DNA from: Eledone cirrhosa
Taxonomy: Eukaryota
Direction of reading: 5' to 3'
Length of the DNA: 64,000 bases
NCBI GenBank assembly: GCA_964016885.1
Contig: OZ024764.1
Span: 9,052,001-9,116,000 of the forward strand
Shown here: positions 51,474 through 64,000 of the stretch, in pieces
Layout of the letters: each line of letters begins with the position of its first letter
How positions within the stretch are numbered: the first letter of the stretch is position 1
The notes under the pieces: generated by a model
Seen by the model: only the letters and a program-made list of their open reading frames with translations
Database searches by the model: none
What the model was told of the DNA's origin: nothing
Translations under genes and position numbers: made by a program

Positions 51474-52101
51474 CATTATCATCATCGTTTAACGTCCATC
51501 TTTCACGCTAGCATGGGTTAGACGATTTTGTGCCATTTGATGCAGGATTGGTCGGGAGACCATGTCTTGCTTGTACGGAAGTGTCTCTGGCAAGTTTTCT
51601 CCAGCTGGATGCCCTTCCTAACACCAACCTCATTTACAGTGTGGACTGGGAGCCTTTTTACCGTGTCTCCTACATGACCATTTTACAGTGTGGACTTTGT
51701 GTTTTTTGTTGTGAAACCTATACGACCACTTTAGTTTGGACTGGATGTTGTGGTACAACATAACTTTGCAAGCAGGGAAAAGTGGATGTAAAATGATGAT
51801 GATGATGATGATGATATATATATATCTCAGACCGGGTGATGTGTTGTTTCCTTGAGCAAGACACTTTATTTCACATTGCTCCAGTTTACTCAGCTGTAGA
51901 AATGAGATGATAGGGACTGGGGTCCCTATCATTCCACTGCAAAGTGGTCGTGGAGGTGCCACGGCAAAAAAGCACCCAGCACTCCCTGTAAATGAGGTTG
52001 GTGTTAGGAAGGGCATCCAGCTGTAGAAATCAAGCCAGAATCAGTTCCCGTCCCACCCTTGCAAGCAGGGAAAAAGCGGACGTAAAATGAAATGATGATG
52101 A

Positions 52102-52105
<4 letters not shown>
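51474..52105. mobile_element. Cluster of SINE pieces: minus-strand 3' half (51474-51760), lone tail (51766-51814), SINE A body (51826-52105, +)
   Basis: Homology to the full-length copies in this window. Confidence 0.75.
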
Positions 52106-52168
<63 letters not shown>

Positions 52169-52266
52169 CATATATGCATACATATATGCACACATACACA
52201 CTCTCTCTCACACACACTCATTCTCTCCCACACATACACACTCTCTCTCTCTCTCTCTCTCTCCAG

Positions 52267-52397
52267 AAAGAAGACATAGAAGCACTTCCTGGCTATCTGT
52301 CGCTCCACCAATCTGCTGAGGGCCTCACCATCAAATGGACCCCTAATCAACTCATGAACGGTTGCTATGAAGACAAAGAGGATGACTTTGATAGGAG
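52267..52397 (+). CDS. SGSM1/SGSM2: SGSM1/2 exon: [43 protein letters not shown](S/R)
   Basis: (CT)n-ccag| acceptor, AG|gtacct donor, phase 0 to 2. [19 protein letters not shown] is an SGSM hallmark. Confidence 0.95.
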
Positions 52398-53052
52398 GTA
52401 CCTACATACAACCTAACCCCTAACTCCCTTTTTTTCTGTTACTCCTTAGCAACATCTCCCAACATCACCACTCCATTCTCTCACTATATATATATATGTA
52501 TACATATATATATATATATATATGTATACATACATATATATGTATATATATATATATATGTATATATATATGTATATATATATATATATAGTTATATGTA
52601 TGTATATATATATGTATATATATATATAGTTATATGTATGTATATATATATGTATATATATATATAGTTATATATATATATAGTTATATGTATGTATATT
52701 GTATGTATATATATTGTTATATATATGTGTATATAGTTATATGTATATATATATATAGTTATATGTATGTATATTGTATGTATATATATTGTTATATATA
52801 TGTGTATATATTGTTATATGTATATATATATATATATACCAGGGTCAGGTGTAAAGTTCATATGGTGACCAAGATACTCTCATGGAATGACCAAATGAGG
52901 GTTATTTTTCAACATAGTCCCTGGAAAGAAACAATGCAATTATTCATAAGAAAAGTGGAAATTAATGCATGCAAGATTTCACAGCTCTAGCATCACTGCT
53001 TCATAGTCAGCCTATGAAATTTTCAGCCGACCCTCGTATATATATATATATT

Positions 53053-53085
<33 letters not shown>

Positions 53086-53765
53086 TTATATATATATATA
53101 TATACCCAAGTAGGGAAAAGCGGACGTAAAATGATGATGATGATGATATACACACACACACACACATATTGCTTTGTTGTTGTTGCTATTGTTGTTGTAA
53201 TTATTGTTGTTGTTATTAGTTATTGTTGTTTCGTTTTTGTTTTTATGTTTATCTTTTATTACAATTTAGCTCTCGTTAATTACAACTGACCCTCAATTAA
53301 CAACCACGACAGTTTCCTCGTTAGTTACCAACTCGGTTAAAGTCCACCTCCTTCGTTAATCATAGTTCATTTGTGATCAATGACTGATGCCTAGTTAATT
53401 ACACCTTACCCCTCGTTAAGTCTACCTCACCCCTCGTTAAGACTACCTCGCTCCACATTTTAATTAATTAATTAATTTGTGGAAGATTTACTAACATTAT
53501 AATTTCATTGAAATCACAGTTGTAACAGAATATTCTCAGATAAAATTATTTATTGACTTACGAATCCTTTAAAATGGGGGGGTTTTGTTTCCTAGAAACG
53601 GGGCTGGATTGGGCCCAGGTAGGTTTCAAAAGGGTTAAATAGGAATTCTTTAAAATGTCTGGTTTTGGCCTGAGATTTTAGGGTGGGCTGGTATGCAAAG
53701 GAATCCTTTAAAATGGCTGGTTGGGTTGGGTTTGGCTGGTATCAAAAGGATTAAAATATATATAA

Positions 53766-55967
53766 CCCTTTAGCATTTAAACTGGCTGTATCTGACCAGA
53801 ATTCTCTCACCTCTTTCTGTTCAAACCAGTTGTAACCGGCCACTCATACTGATGTTAAGGTATTCTCAAAATAAATAATATAAAAAAATCTCATAGATTC
53901 GATATTATGTGAGATATTATGTGCGGTAAAAGCCTTTACTGTGAAAATACAATAGTATATATAGAGTAATGTAAATGTTATGTGAGATATTATGTGAGGT
54001 AAAGCCTTTACTGCGAAAATACAATAGTATATATAGAGTAATGTAAATGTTATGTGAGATATTATGTGAGGTAAAGCCTTTACTGCGAAAATACAATAGT
54101 ATATATAGAGTAATGTAAATGTTATGTGAGATATTATGTGAGGTAAAGCCTTTACTGTGAAAATACAATAGTATATATAGAGTAATGTAAATGTTATGTG
54201 AGATATTATGTGAGGTAAAGCCTTTACTGCGAAAATACAATAGTATATATAGAGTAATGTAAATGTTATGTGAGATATTATGTGAGGTAAAGCCTTTAAT
54301 GCGAAAATACAATAGTATATATAGAGTAATGTAAATGTTATGTGAGATATTATGTGAGGTAAAGCCTTTACTGCGAAAATACAATAGTATATATAGAGTA
54401 ATGTAAATGTTATGTGAGATATTATGTGAGGTAAAGCCTTTACTGTGAAAATACAATCTATATATATAAAACTGTGGTTGTCTGTCTGTCTATCGATTTT
54501 TGGCACACATCTCCTCTTAGAATCTCTCACGGAATTGCACCGAAATTGCTATACTTGTACATTGAGCCCTAGCGAAGACATCGGAAAAAAAAAAATTTCA
54601 AATTGACCCACCCTATGTGACGAAATCGAATATAATGTATCGATTTTTGAGCGTAAGTTATCAGTTATTTCCCTTTGTTCTGTTTACATTGAGCGTCTTA
54701 CGTAAAAAATTACGCTGGCTTTCTCAGCGTTTAAAATGACATTAACACAATACACGAACAGACAGTTGTCGAGCCAGCAAAATATTGACCTGCAAAATTC
54801 ATCAGTTCGAACACTAAGCTTCCGTTTTGCTTCATTTTCATTTAAAAGCATTTTAAAACAATATTTATACTTGAAAACAAGTCTATTTAAAGACTACGTA
54901 AAACAAGCAAATATTTCGTCGTTAGGCGTGCAGACAGACAGTCGTGCAGAGAGGTGATATACGCTTGCAAACAGACAGTCGTGCAGAGAGGTGATATAGG
55001 CGTGCAGACAGACAGTCGTGCAGAGAGGTGATATAGGCGTGCAGACAGACAGTCGTGCAGAGAGGTGATATAGGCGTGCAGACAGACAGTCGTGCAGAGA
55101 GGTGATATAGGCGTGCAGACAGACATAACTGATAATTTGGTTACGCTAATGTTTTTCTCTGCGTTGCAGTGTTTACATTTTCGATCTTTGTTAATAAATA
55201 ACCAATGCAGTTTTTATCCCCAGCATCCTATTTTGTTATAACATTCGGGTTATCGTTATGTTTTCTTAACTTCATAAGGCATATTGTTGGTTGAGGGAAT
55301 ATTAATCAAAAACACCACATGCAAGTCTGCACAGTAGACACTACAGTTTTTAAGCCAAGAAAGAAACTTAACATTGTAACTTTAACACAGCTACTGAGCG
55401 ACCCAGAGCAACGCCGGGCTTTACTGCTAGTAGTATATATAGAGTAATGTAAATGTTATGTGAGATATTATGTGAGGTAAAGCCTTTACTGTGAAAATAC
55501 AATAGTATATATAGAGTAATGTAAATGTTATGTGAGATATTATGTGAGGTAAAGCCTTTACTGTGAAAATACAATAGTATATATAGAGTAATGTAAATGT
55601 TATGTGAGATATTATGTGAGGTAAAGCCTTTACTGTGAAAATACAATAGTATATATAGAGTAATGTAAATGTTATGTGAGATATTATGTGAGGTAAAGCC
55701 TTTACTGTGAAAATACAATAGTATATATAGAGTAATGTAAATGTTATGTGAGATATTATGTGAGGTAAAGCATTTACTGTGAAAATACAATAGTATATAT
55801 AGAGTAATGTAAATGTTATGTGAGATATTATGTGAGGTAAAGCCTTTACTGTGAAAATACAATAGTATATATAGAGTAATGTAAATGTTATGTGAGATAT
55901 TATGTGAGGTAAAGCATTTACTGTGAAAATACAATAGTATATGTAGAGTAATGTAAATGATAAAGGG
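53766..55967 (-). mobile_element. piggyBac-like MITE expanded by a 72-bp internal satellite and split by a Helitron
   Basis: Ends ccctttagcattt / aaatgataaaggg|TTAA; the 72-bp unit reads IFTVKALPHIISHITFTLLYIYYC. Confidence 0.82.
54457..55430 (+). mobile_element. Non-autonomous Helitron with an internal 39-bp tandem repeat (54925-55125)
   Basis: a|TCTATATATATAAAA start, subterminal hairpin cccagagcaacgccggg, CTAG|t end, no TSD. The satellite unit resumes exactly after it. Confidence 0.88.
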
Positions 55968-56076
55968 TTAAAAAAAAAAAGCAATTTTTTTTTTTTTAAT
56001 TTGACGAAAGTTTTCATGTAATTTTTTGTTTTGTTGTTAATTGGTGCTACCTGTGTGCCTTGATGCGTCACCCCAG

Positions 56077-56124
56077 GGACGTCTACCGACCTTTCTTCCA
56101 GTCGAGCAAAGCTAAACAGAAGAT
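56077..56124 (+). CDS. SGSM1/SGSM2: Candidate 48-nt cassette exon of SGSM: (R)DVYRPFFQSSKAKQK(I/M)
   Basis: caccccag| acceptor, consensus AT|gtaagt donor, phase 2 to 2, open frame. Confidence 0.55.
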
Positions 56125-56267
56125 GTAAGTAAAGAAGTATTGGGTTGGTGTGTTGGTTGGTGCAGTACTTCTGGAGATGTCAAGCCAGACCACACCACAC
56201 CACACCACACCACACCTGACTAAACCAGATTAAACCAACCAGGGCTGTTTTGTCTGAAAGGATTGGC

Positions 56268-56268
56268 A

Positions 56269-56314
<46 letters not shown>

Positions 56315-56462
56315 CATTGATTTAGCTCACTGCTATTAATTACTACTACTATTACTACTACTACTACTACTACTACTACTATTGGTCGTCTGCTTGCTGG
56401 TGCCACTACTACTACTACTACCACTACTACTAATACTACTAGTGGTGATATGCTTGCTGGTG

Positions 56463-56494
<32 letters not shown>

Positions 56495-57225
56495 GGTGAT
56501 ATGCTTGCTGGTGCCACTACTGCAACTACTACTGCTACAACTACTACTATTGTTGATCTGCATGTTGGCATTACTACTACTGCTACTACTACTACTACTG
56601 CTACTGCTACTGCCATTACTACTACTGCTACTACTATTACTACTACTATTACTACTACTACTATTACTACTACTACTATTACTACTACTACCATTACTAC
56701 TACTACTTCTACTATTACTACCACTGGTGACATCTTGTGACAACTGGTGATATCTTGCGACAACTGGTGATATCTTGCGACCACTGGTGACATCTTGCGA
56801 CCACTGGTGACATCTTGCGACCTCTGGTGACATCTTGCGACCTCTGGTGACATCTTGCGACCTCTGGTGACATCTTGCGACCTCTGGTGACATCTTGCGA
56901 CCTCTTGACACCTTGTGACCTCAGGTGACATCTTGCAACCACTGGTGACATCTTGCGACCTGTGGTGACGTCTTGCGACCACTGGTGACGTCTTGCGACC
57001 TCTGGTGACCACTGGTGACCATCTTGCGACCTCTGGCGATATCTTGTGACCACTGGTGACCATCTTGCAATATCTGGTGACCATCTTGCGACATCTGGTG
57101 ACATCTTCTGACCTCTGGTGGCCTCTTAAGACCTCTGGTGACATCTTCTGGCCTCTGGTGGCCTCTTAAGACCTCTGGTGACATCTTGCAACCTCTGGTG
57201 ACATCTTCTGACCTCTGGTGACCTT
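56268..57225. repeat. (AAT)n and (ACT)n repeats followed by a 20-bp minisatellite (cctctggtgacatcttgcga, about 56720-57225)
   Basis: Direct inspection. Confidence 0.9.
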
Positions 57226-57814
57226 TCTGTCTATTATGCTTGCTCAAACTTACAAGTGCTTGCGATATATTTTTTTATGTTTTGTTTTGTTTTGTTTTGT
57301 TAGTTTTTCTTATTGTTTGTTACTGGTTTTCAGCTATTAGACTGTGGCCATGCTGGGGCAATGCTTTGATGTGTTTTTTTTTGTTTTTTCTTATTTAAAA
57401 AAAAAAATATTATTTGTGCTAAGCCGCCTGGAACATTGCTGTTTGTCAAGATGGCAGTTTCTTGCTATATGTATTTTTTTTTTTGCCATGCAAGTTCACA
57501 ATATCTTATTCATAATCTTTGGGACCGGACATTTTTCGGATTTCAGAATGGAAGATTTTTAGTGTAGATTTTAAACGTTTTTTTTTAGATAAAACATTGC
57601 AGGGGACAGGATGGCTCAGTGTTAGAGACGACGTGCGTCTGACTGGTAGGAGCACTGAGACACAACTGTGTGACCTGGGTTGACTGTGGGTCATTTGGGG
57701 TCAAGTTTGGCACCAAATGCAAGCTTTGGTGTGCAGATGACATCCTGGAAAAAATGTTAGGTTTTCTAAATTTCAGATAAAAGATTGTGAACCTGTATCT
57801 TTGTTGTATGTATG

Positions 57815-57914
<100 letters not shown>

Positions 57915-57921
57915 GAGAGAG

Positions 57922-58290
57922 AGAGAAAAATAGAGGAAAGCACAAACGGGCCACATTCCCATCATCAGTTGTCTGCTGGAGATCATGGACATTTCTATGC
58001 ATTAAAGACAATATGTCTAGCTCCAGTGCGTCAATAACTATTGGAAGTTATTGCTGAAAAAAAAAGGAGAGAGAGAAAAAAATATAACACAAGGGAAAAA
58101 AAAATGCAGAGAACATACCGAAAAAGAGGGAAACATGAAAAGAACATGTATGTATATGAGTAACCGGAGAGAGAGAGAGGGAGAAATCAAAACCAGCTTT
58201 TTCCCTTTTGTTATATTTTTTTCTGTGATCTCCAACAGACAACTGATGATGGGAATGTCCCTCGTTTGTGCTTTCCTCTTGTTTCTAAAT
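57922..58290. repeat. Inverted repeat pair (about 57925-57985 and 58225-58287), likely another fold-back element
   Basis: gaggaaagcacaaacg..cattcccatcatcagttgtctg..ggagatca versus its reverse complement. Confidence 0.6.
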
Positions 58291-58479
58291 ACACTGTATC
58301 AAGTAACCACACAGCTCCCTGTTTCTTCAAGTATATATATATATATGTGCAAAAGTTCTATTTAAATTGTTCGGATACAACAAGCAAATATCTTTATAAT
58401 TGATATAAAGCACTCGACAAGTATTTGGAGTAAATATACGATATTAACAAATGGAAACTATATTTATAAAACTATATTT

Positions 58480-58542
58480 ATTTCATTATACATATTTCAA
58501 GGATACCAAGTTAAATTATGGTATGCCTTCATCAGACAAAAT
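58480..58542 (-). ncRNA. Minimal hammerhead ribozyme
   Basis: Minus strand: attttgt-CTGATGA-aggcatacca..tggtatcctt-GAAA-tatgt-ATA-atgaaat. Confidence 0.72.
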
Positions 58543-58647
58543 ACAATATATACCAGTTTTATAAATAAACATTGACGTACCCTTTCAAAATGCAACCGTT
58601 ACTTTTGGAAGACATCAGGATTTATTTATAAAACTGGTATATATTGT

Positions 58648-58710
58648 ATTTTATCTGATGAAAGCACACCATAATTTAACTTGGTGTCCTTGAAATATGT
58701 ATAATGAAAT
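58648..58710 (+). ncRNA. Minimal hammerhead ribozyme (sense to SGSM)
   Basis: attttat-CTGATGA-aagcacacca..tggtgtcctt-GAAA-tatgt-ATA-atgaaat. Confidence 0.75.
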
Positions 58711-58775
58711 AAATATGGTTTTATAAATATAGTTTCCATTTGTTAATATCGTATATATATATATATATATATATA

Positions 58776-59284
58776 TCATCATCATTTTACGTCCACTTTT
58801 CCCTGCTTGCAAGGGTGGGACGGGAACTGATTCTGGCTTGATTTCTACAGCTGGATGCCCTTCCTAACACCAACCTCATTTACAGTGAGTGCTGGGTGCT
58901 TTTTTTTTTTCCCCATGGCGCCTACACGTCCACTTTACAGTGTGGGCTGGGTGCTTTTTTTCCCCATGGCGCCTACACGTCCACTTTACAGTGAGTGCTG
59001 GGTGCTTTTTTTTCCCCATGGCGCCTACACGTCCACTTTACAGTGAGTGCTGGGTGCTTTTTTTTTTCCGTGGCGCCTACATGTCCACTTTACAGTGTGG
59101 GCTGGGTGCTTTTTTGCCGTGGCACCTCCACGACCACTCTATAGTGGAATGATAGGGACCCCAGTCCCTATCATCTCATTTCAACAGCTGAGTAAACTGG
59201 AGCAATGTGAAATAAAGTGTCTTGCTCAAGGAAACAACACATCACCCGGTCTGAGAATTGAACTCACAACCTTTCGATTGCAAG
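58776..59284 (-). mobile_element. SINE family A copy with an incipient internal tandem expansion (~55-bp unit, about 5x)
   Basis: ctttacagtg..gctgggtgcttttt..ggcgcctacacgtcca repeats at 58878-59125. Confidence 0.82.
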
Positions 59285-60037
59285 GATATATATATAGGGA
59301 TTGTAATGTTCAGTTACTGTAGGTTTACCAGAGTGAGCGCTCGATGCATAGTTTCCAGTGGGTATATTGGGGTCCTACTAAGCAGAGTAATATATATATA
59401 TGAGAGAAGACCCGCCTTACCTAAATACAAAGTAAAACCTACTACAGTCAGTAGGCATCTCTAACAAAATACACCCCCGTCCCACCACCCCCACCCCATC
59501 CACACCGCCCCCTCTATGTAAAGTTATGTTGGTGCCACACCATCCAGGCCGAAACAAATGAGATCGTGTAGGTGTCACGACAAAAAAACACACAGTCCAC
59601 GCTGTAATGTGGCCGTGTAGGCAACACGGTAAAAACCTCCCAGACCCACACTGTAAATGTGGTTGGTGTTAGGAAGGGCATCCAGCTGTAGAAAACCTGC
59701 CAGACAGTCCTATGCGAGCAAGACAATCACTCTTGCCTCAAGTGGGAAAACCCCCGTCCAAACCCATGCAAGCGTGGAACACGGATGTTAAACGATGATG
59801 ATGATGATGATGATATATATATATATATAAAATCTTTTCCTGAGTCCAACCATTCTCATTGCTGTGGTAATGCGGCTGGACTGCCGATCGCTATATTTGA
59901 TTTGCTAACCTGTTTAAACGTATTATTACTCTGGGGTACTATTCCCATTTGAGTGCTAAAGCTACATACCGAATTTGCATTTGTTAGCTTGGCCGCAAAC
60001 TAAAGCTTTGTTAATGCTGTACTAAAATGTGTATATA

Positions 60038-60067
<30 letters not shown>

Positions 60068-60068
<1 letters not shown>

Positions 60069-60514
60069 GCAAAAGTTTTATTTAAAATTGTTGGGTTACA
60101 ACGAGTAAATATTTTATAACTGATATAAAGCACTCAACAAGTTTTGGAGTAGATATACGATATTAAACAAATGGAAACTATATTTATAAAACCATATTTA
60201 TTTCATTATACATATTTCAGGGATACCATATTAAAAATATGGCATGCCTTCTTCAGATAAAATACAATATATAAGCAGTTTTATAAATAAATTTGACGTA
60301 CCATAAAATATTGATCAACTTCCATTTATAACCAACTTTTTTAAATGGAAGTTGATCAATATTTTATGGTACATCAAATTTATTTATAAAACTGCTTATA
60401 TATTGTATTTTATCTGAAGAAGGCATGCTATATTTTTAATATGGTATCCCTGAAATATGTATAATGAAATAAATATGGTTTTATAAATATAGTTTCCATT
60501 TGTTTAATATCGTA
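60068..60514. mobile_element. Fold-back element with hammerheads at about 60200-60263 (-) and 60407-60470 (+)
   Basis: Inverted arms centred at about 60335; attttat-CTGAAGA-aggcatgcta..tggtatccct-GAAA-tatgt-ATA-atgaaat. Confidence 0.83.
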
Positions 60515-60529
60515 TATATATATATATAT

Positions 60530-60698
60530 TTATATAACTGATATAAAGCACTCGACAAGTATTTGGAGTAAATATACGATATTAACAAATGGAAACTGTC
60601 TGATGAAGGCATACCATAATTTAACTTGGTATCCTTGAAATATGTATAATGAAATAAATATGGTTTTATAAATATAGTTTCCATTTGTTAATATCGTA
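60530..60698. mobile_element. Short fold-back element of the same family; hammerhead core at 60600-60655 (+)
   Basis: Left arm stops at ..aaatggaaact and joins gt-CTGATGA-aggcatacca..tggtatcctt-GAAA-tatgt-ATA-atgaaat. Confidence 0.75.
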
Positions 60699-60900
60699 TA
60701 TATATATGTATATATATATATATATATATATTTATAATAATAATAATAATAATTGTTTCTACTTTTGGCACAAGGCCAGCAATTACCCCCCAGTTTATTA
60801 CTTATGCTCGATAAAATAAAGTACCAGTAATGCACTAGGGTATTTGCTGGCCTTGTGCCAAAAGTAGAAACAATTATTAGTATGTAGATGTGTATATATA

Positions 60901-60932
<32 letters not shown>

Positions 60933-61266
60933 GTAAATTTCTGGTTTAAACTATTGCATGCTGGGAAATTAACATTTCTTATTTTTTTTTTTTAAATTAA
61001 AAATTGAAATCTCTGTGGGTTTATTTTATTTTAGCTTGTTTTCATATATTATCTATTCTTTTACCTTTTCCAGCCCACAAGGTGTGGCCATGCTGGGGCA
61101 CTGTCGTTGATTTATTTATTTATTTCATTTTTAATATGGTGGTTTTGTTAAGTCATGTCAGAACATCCTTCATTCCTGCTCGGCCACCATCTTGGCTGGA
61201 CTTTCACTTGCTGAGGCCCTACACTATATGAAATTTGAGGCCCACTTACCTAAACATTCCTTCTAG

Positions 61267-61404
61267 AAAAACCACCAATCAAAACGTACTTAAAATGACC
61301 ACCATAAATGAATGTGAATCATTATATACTATTTCAAAGCCCGAAGAGATTCGTTCTGTCATTACCACAACACAACAGAAGTCTGATGAGCTTTTGATTC
61401 CAGA
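61267..61404 (+). CDS. SGSM1/SGSM2: Candidate SGSM alternative exon (138-nt cassette, or terminal exon to stop at 61441)
   Basis: cattccttctag| acceptor in phase 2; open frame KTTNQNVLKMTTINECESL..LLIP; weak GA|gtcagg donor in phase 2. Confidence 0.35.
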
Positions 61405-61479
61405 GTCAGGTCAGATCGATTCAGATCAAACCCTGAGCTGATCAATAGCGAAACGTGCAAGACATAACCAATGAAATTG

Positions 61480-61695
61480 TCCTTTATGAAGGATGACAGC
61501 TGCGTAAAAAGGTGCAGAGCACTAGAAGTCAATGGAAGCTTTGGAGTGGGAGACCCAAGAAGACCTGGGATGAGGTGATAAAAACTAACCTTGCCCAATT
61601 GCACCTCTCAGAGGCGATGACACTGGTCCGAGACCTCTGGCGTTATGCAGCAATACAGAAGACCCGAGGTCCCACGGGTACAGGCCAAAGCTGAA
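61480..61695 (+). mobile_element. RTE LINE 3' fragment
   Basis: MKDDSCVKRCRALEV..GRPKKTWDEVIK..RDLWRYA. Confidence 0.65.
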
Positions 61696-62060
61696 GCATA
61701 TAGATAATATGCCCCCATGCCCCTCCCTCTGTAAAGTGGTCGTGTAGGTGTCACAACAAAAAGCACCTCTAGTACAAACTGTAAAGTGGTCGTGTAGGCG
61801 CCACGGTTAAAAGCACTCAGTACACACTGTAAATGAGGTTGGTGTTAGGAAGGGCATCCAGCTGTAGAAACCGAGCCTAAATCAGTTCTGTATGAACAAG
61901 ACATGGTCACCTGGCCTGGCATTGCCCACATCAGGACAACCTGTCTAACCCATGCTAGCGTGGAAATATTAATGGAAAACGGTGATGATGATATATATAT
62001 ATATATATATATATACAGTATATAGAGGTATATATATAACATGTAATAATATATATATAA

Positions 62061-62112
<52 letters not shown>

Positions 62113-62217
62113 CATGTCTATATATATATAGACATGTGTATATATATATATATATATATAATGTGTGTATATATATATATATATATACAGTATATAGAGG
62201 TATATATATAACATGTA

Positions 62218-63350
62218 ATAATTGCTTCTACATTTGGCACAAGGCCAGCAATCACCCAGTGTATTACTGGTACTTTATTTTATCGACCCCGTAAGGATGA
62301 AAGGCAAAGTTAACCTCGGCGGGATTTGAACTCAGAATGGCAAGGGCCGTAACTCTATGCGTCAAAGCATGGCGTCCGACCCTCTACCGATACTGCCAAT
62401 CCAGCTCCCTAACATGGCGTCCGACCCTCTACCAATACTGCCAATCCAGCGCCCTAACATGGCGTCCGACCCTCTACCGATACTGCCAATCCAGCGCCCT
62501 AACATGGCGTCCGACCCTCTACCAATACTGCCAATCCAGCGCCCTAACATGGCGTCCGACCCTCTACCGATACTGCCAATCCAGCTCCCTAACATGGCGT
62601 CCGACCCTCTACCAATACTGCCAATCCAGCGCCCTAACATGGCGTCCGACCCTCTACCAATACTGCCAATCCAGCGCCCTAACATGGCGTCCGACCCTCT
62701 ACCGATACTGCCAATCCAGCTCCCTAACATGGCGTCCGACCCTCTACCAATACTGCCAATCCAGCGCCCTAACATGGCGTCCGACCCTCTACCAATACTG
62801 CCAATCCAGCGCCCTAGCATGGCGTCCGACCCTCTACCAATACTGCCAATCCAGCGCCCTAACATGGCGTCCGACCCTCTACCAATACTGCCAATCCAGC
62901 TCCCTAACATGGCGTCCGACCCTCTACCAATACTGCCAATCCAGCGCCCTAACATGGCGTCCGACCCTCTACCGATACTGCCAATCCAGCGCCCTAACAT
63001 GGCGTCCGACCCTCTACCGATACTGCCAATCCAGCTCCCTAACATGGCGTCCGACCCTCTACCGATACTGCCAATCCAGCTCCCTAACATGGCGTCCTAC
63101 CCTCTACCAATACTGCCAATCCAGCTCCCTAACATGGCGTCCGACCCTCTACCGATACTGCCAATCCAGCTCCCTAACATGGCGTCCGACCCTCTACCGA
63201 TACTGCCAATCCAGCGCCCTAACATGGCGTCCGACCCTCTACCGATACTGCCAATCCAGCGCCCTAACATGGCGTCCGACCCTCTACCAATACTGCCAAT
63301 CCACCACCCTAACATGGCGTCCGACCCTCTACCGATACTGACAATCCACA
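62218..63350 (-). repeat. SINE family B whose 45-bp 5' head is tandemly amplified about 21x (62368-63350)
   Basis: Unit catggcgtccgaccctctaccgatactgccaatccagcgccctaa is the reverse complement of the SINE B head. Core and tail at 62218-62367. Confidence 0.9.
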
Positions 63351-63727
63351 ATGAATTTAAATACTGTAAAGCTAATGACAATAAATTGTTAAAGAAATAA
63401 AGTACTTTTTCAATTCTGCCAAAGCAGAATGGTATCCCATACCGTAGGTAGGGTTTTGGCTTGTTTTTATGCTGCAAAAGAAGGAACCCAGGGCCCAAAA
63501 GAGCCCACAAATATGAACTGACCCCAGAAGAAAACGACAAAACAACCAATTCCTTTTTGTTTGTTGGACTCTTTGTATCTGCGGAGCTTTGCAAGATGGG
63601 GACTTATTGTATTTCTAGAGCAGTGTCAATATATCCTTCTATTTCTCTCGGGTCTTGAATAATTGTCCCTACCCCTCACTTATTAATTTTTCAAAATTTT
63701 TCAAACCCCTCTACCTGCTCTTACTCC

Positions 63728-63875
63728 ATATGTTTATATATATGTATATATATATATACATATATACATACATATATATTTATATGTATGTATGTATATC
63801 ATCATCATCATTTTATGTCCACTTTTCCCTGCTTGCAAGGGTTGGTTGGATATGTATCTATATGTATGTATATAT

Positions 63876-63916
<41 letters not shown>

Positions 63917-64000
63917 TATGTATATATATATGTATATATATATATATGTATATATATATGTATATATATATATATGTATATATATATGTATATATATATA
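63728..64000. repeat. (TA)n/(TATG)n microsatellite with a lone SINE/RTE tail (63798-63845)
   Basis: Direct inspection. Confidence 0.9.

Larger units (their letters stand above)
58348..58753. mobile_element. Fold-back element with a hammerhead in each arm; left arm extended about 90 bp
   Basis: 58437-58569 versus 58621-58753 are inverted. Confidence 0.85.

Noticed and set aside
57589-57760. Additional SGSM exon
   Set aside because: The candidate acceptors hit stops in the required phase 2 and show no similarity to the expected YWDYA segment.
58235-58280. Hammerhead at caaCTGATGAtggg
   Set aside because: No GAAA or NUH at a suitable position.
62337-63400. 334/347-aa repeat proteins open in several frames
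   Set aside because: 45-bp SINE-head satellite.

Overview
Repeat-saturated, AT-rich eukaryotic DNA. The SINE, LINE and microsatellite landscape suggests an octopod cephalopod (inference). It holds the 5' half of one large + strand gene, an SGSM1/SGSM2 (RUTBC; RUN + PH-like + TBC RabGAP) ortholog. Seven exons with canonical splice sites and matching phases can be joined; three more phase-symmetric cassette or terminal exons are candidates. The first coding exon and the TBC exons were not found. The introns and upstream region contain: (i) a 5'-truncated RTE LINE with an uninterrupted ORF ending in three C2H2 fingers; (ii) the GIY-YIG end of a Penelope-like element; (iii) many hammerhead-ribozyme motifs, mostly in short fold-back elements sitting in (TA)n tracts. 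Two families carry a U3:A8 core variant, and in three elements the fold-back point is the ribozyme's stem II. Also present are (iv) two tRNA-derived SINE families; Rex3-like RTE, R4, CR1 and L1/Tx1 relics; hAT, piggyBac-like and Tc2-like MITEs; and Helitrons; and (v) about a dozen minisatellite arrays, most visibly derived from transposon fragments and often lying next to exons. These include one 65-bp satellite in inverted orientation around exons and a SINE-head/(CCCTAA)n higher-order array. Nearly all other ORFs in the supplied track are repeat artefacts. Everything was read by eye; family names need database confirmation.
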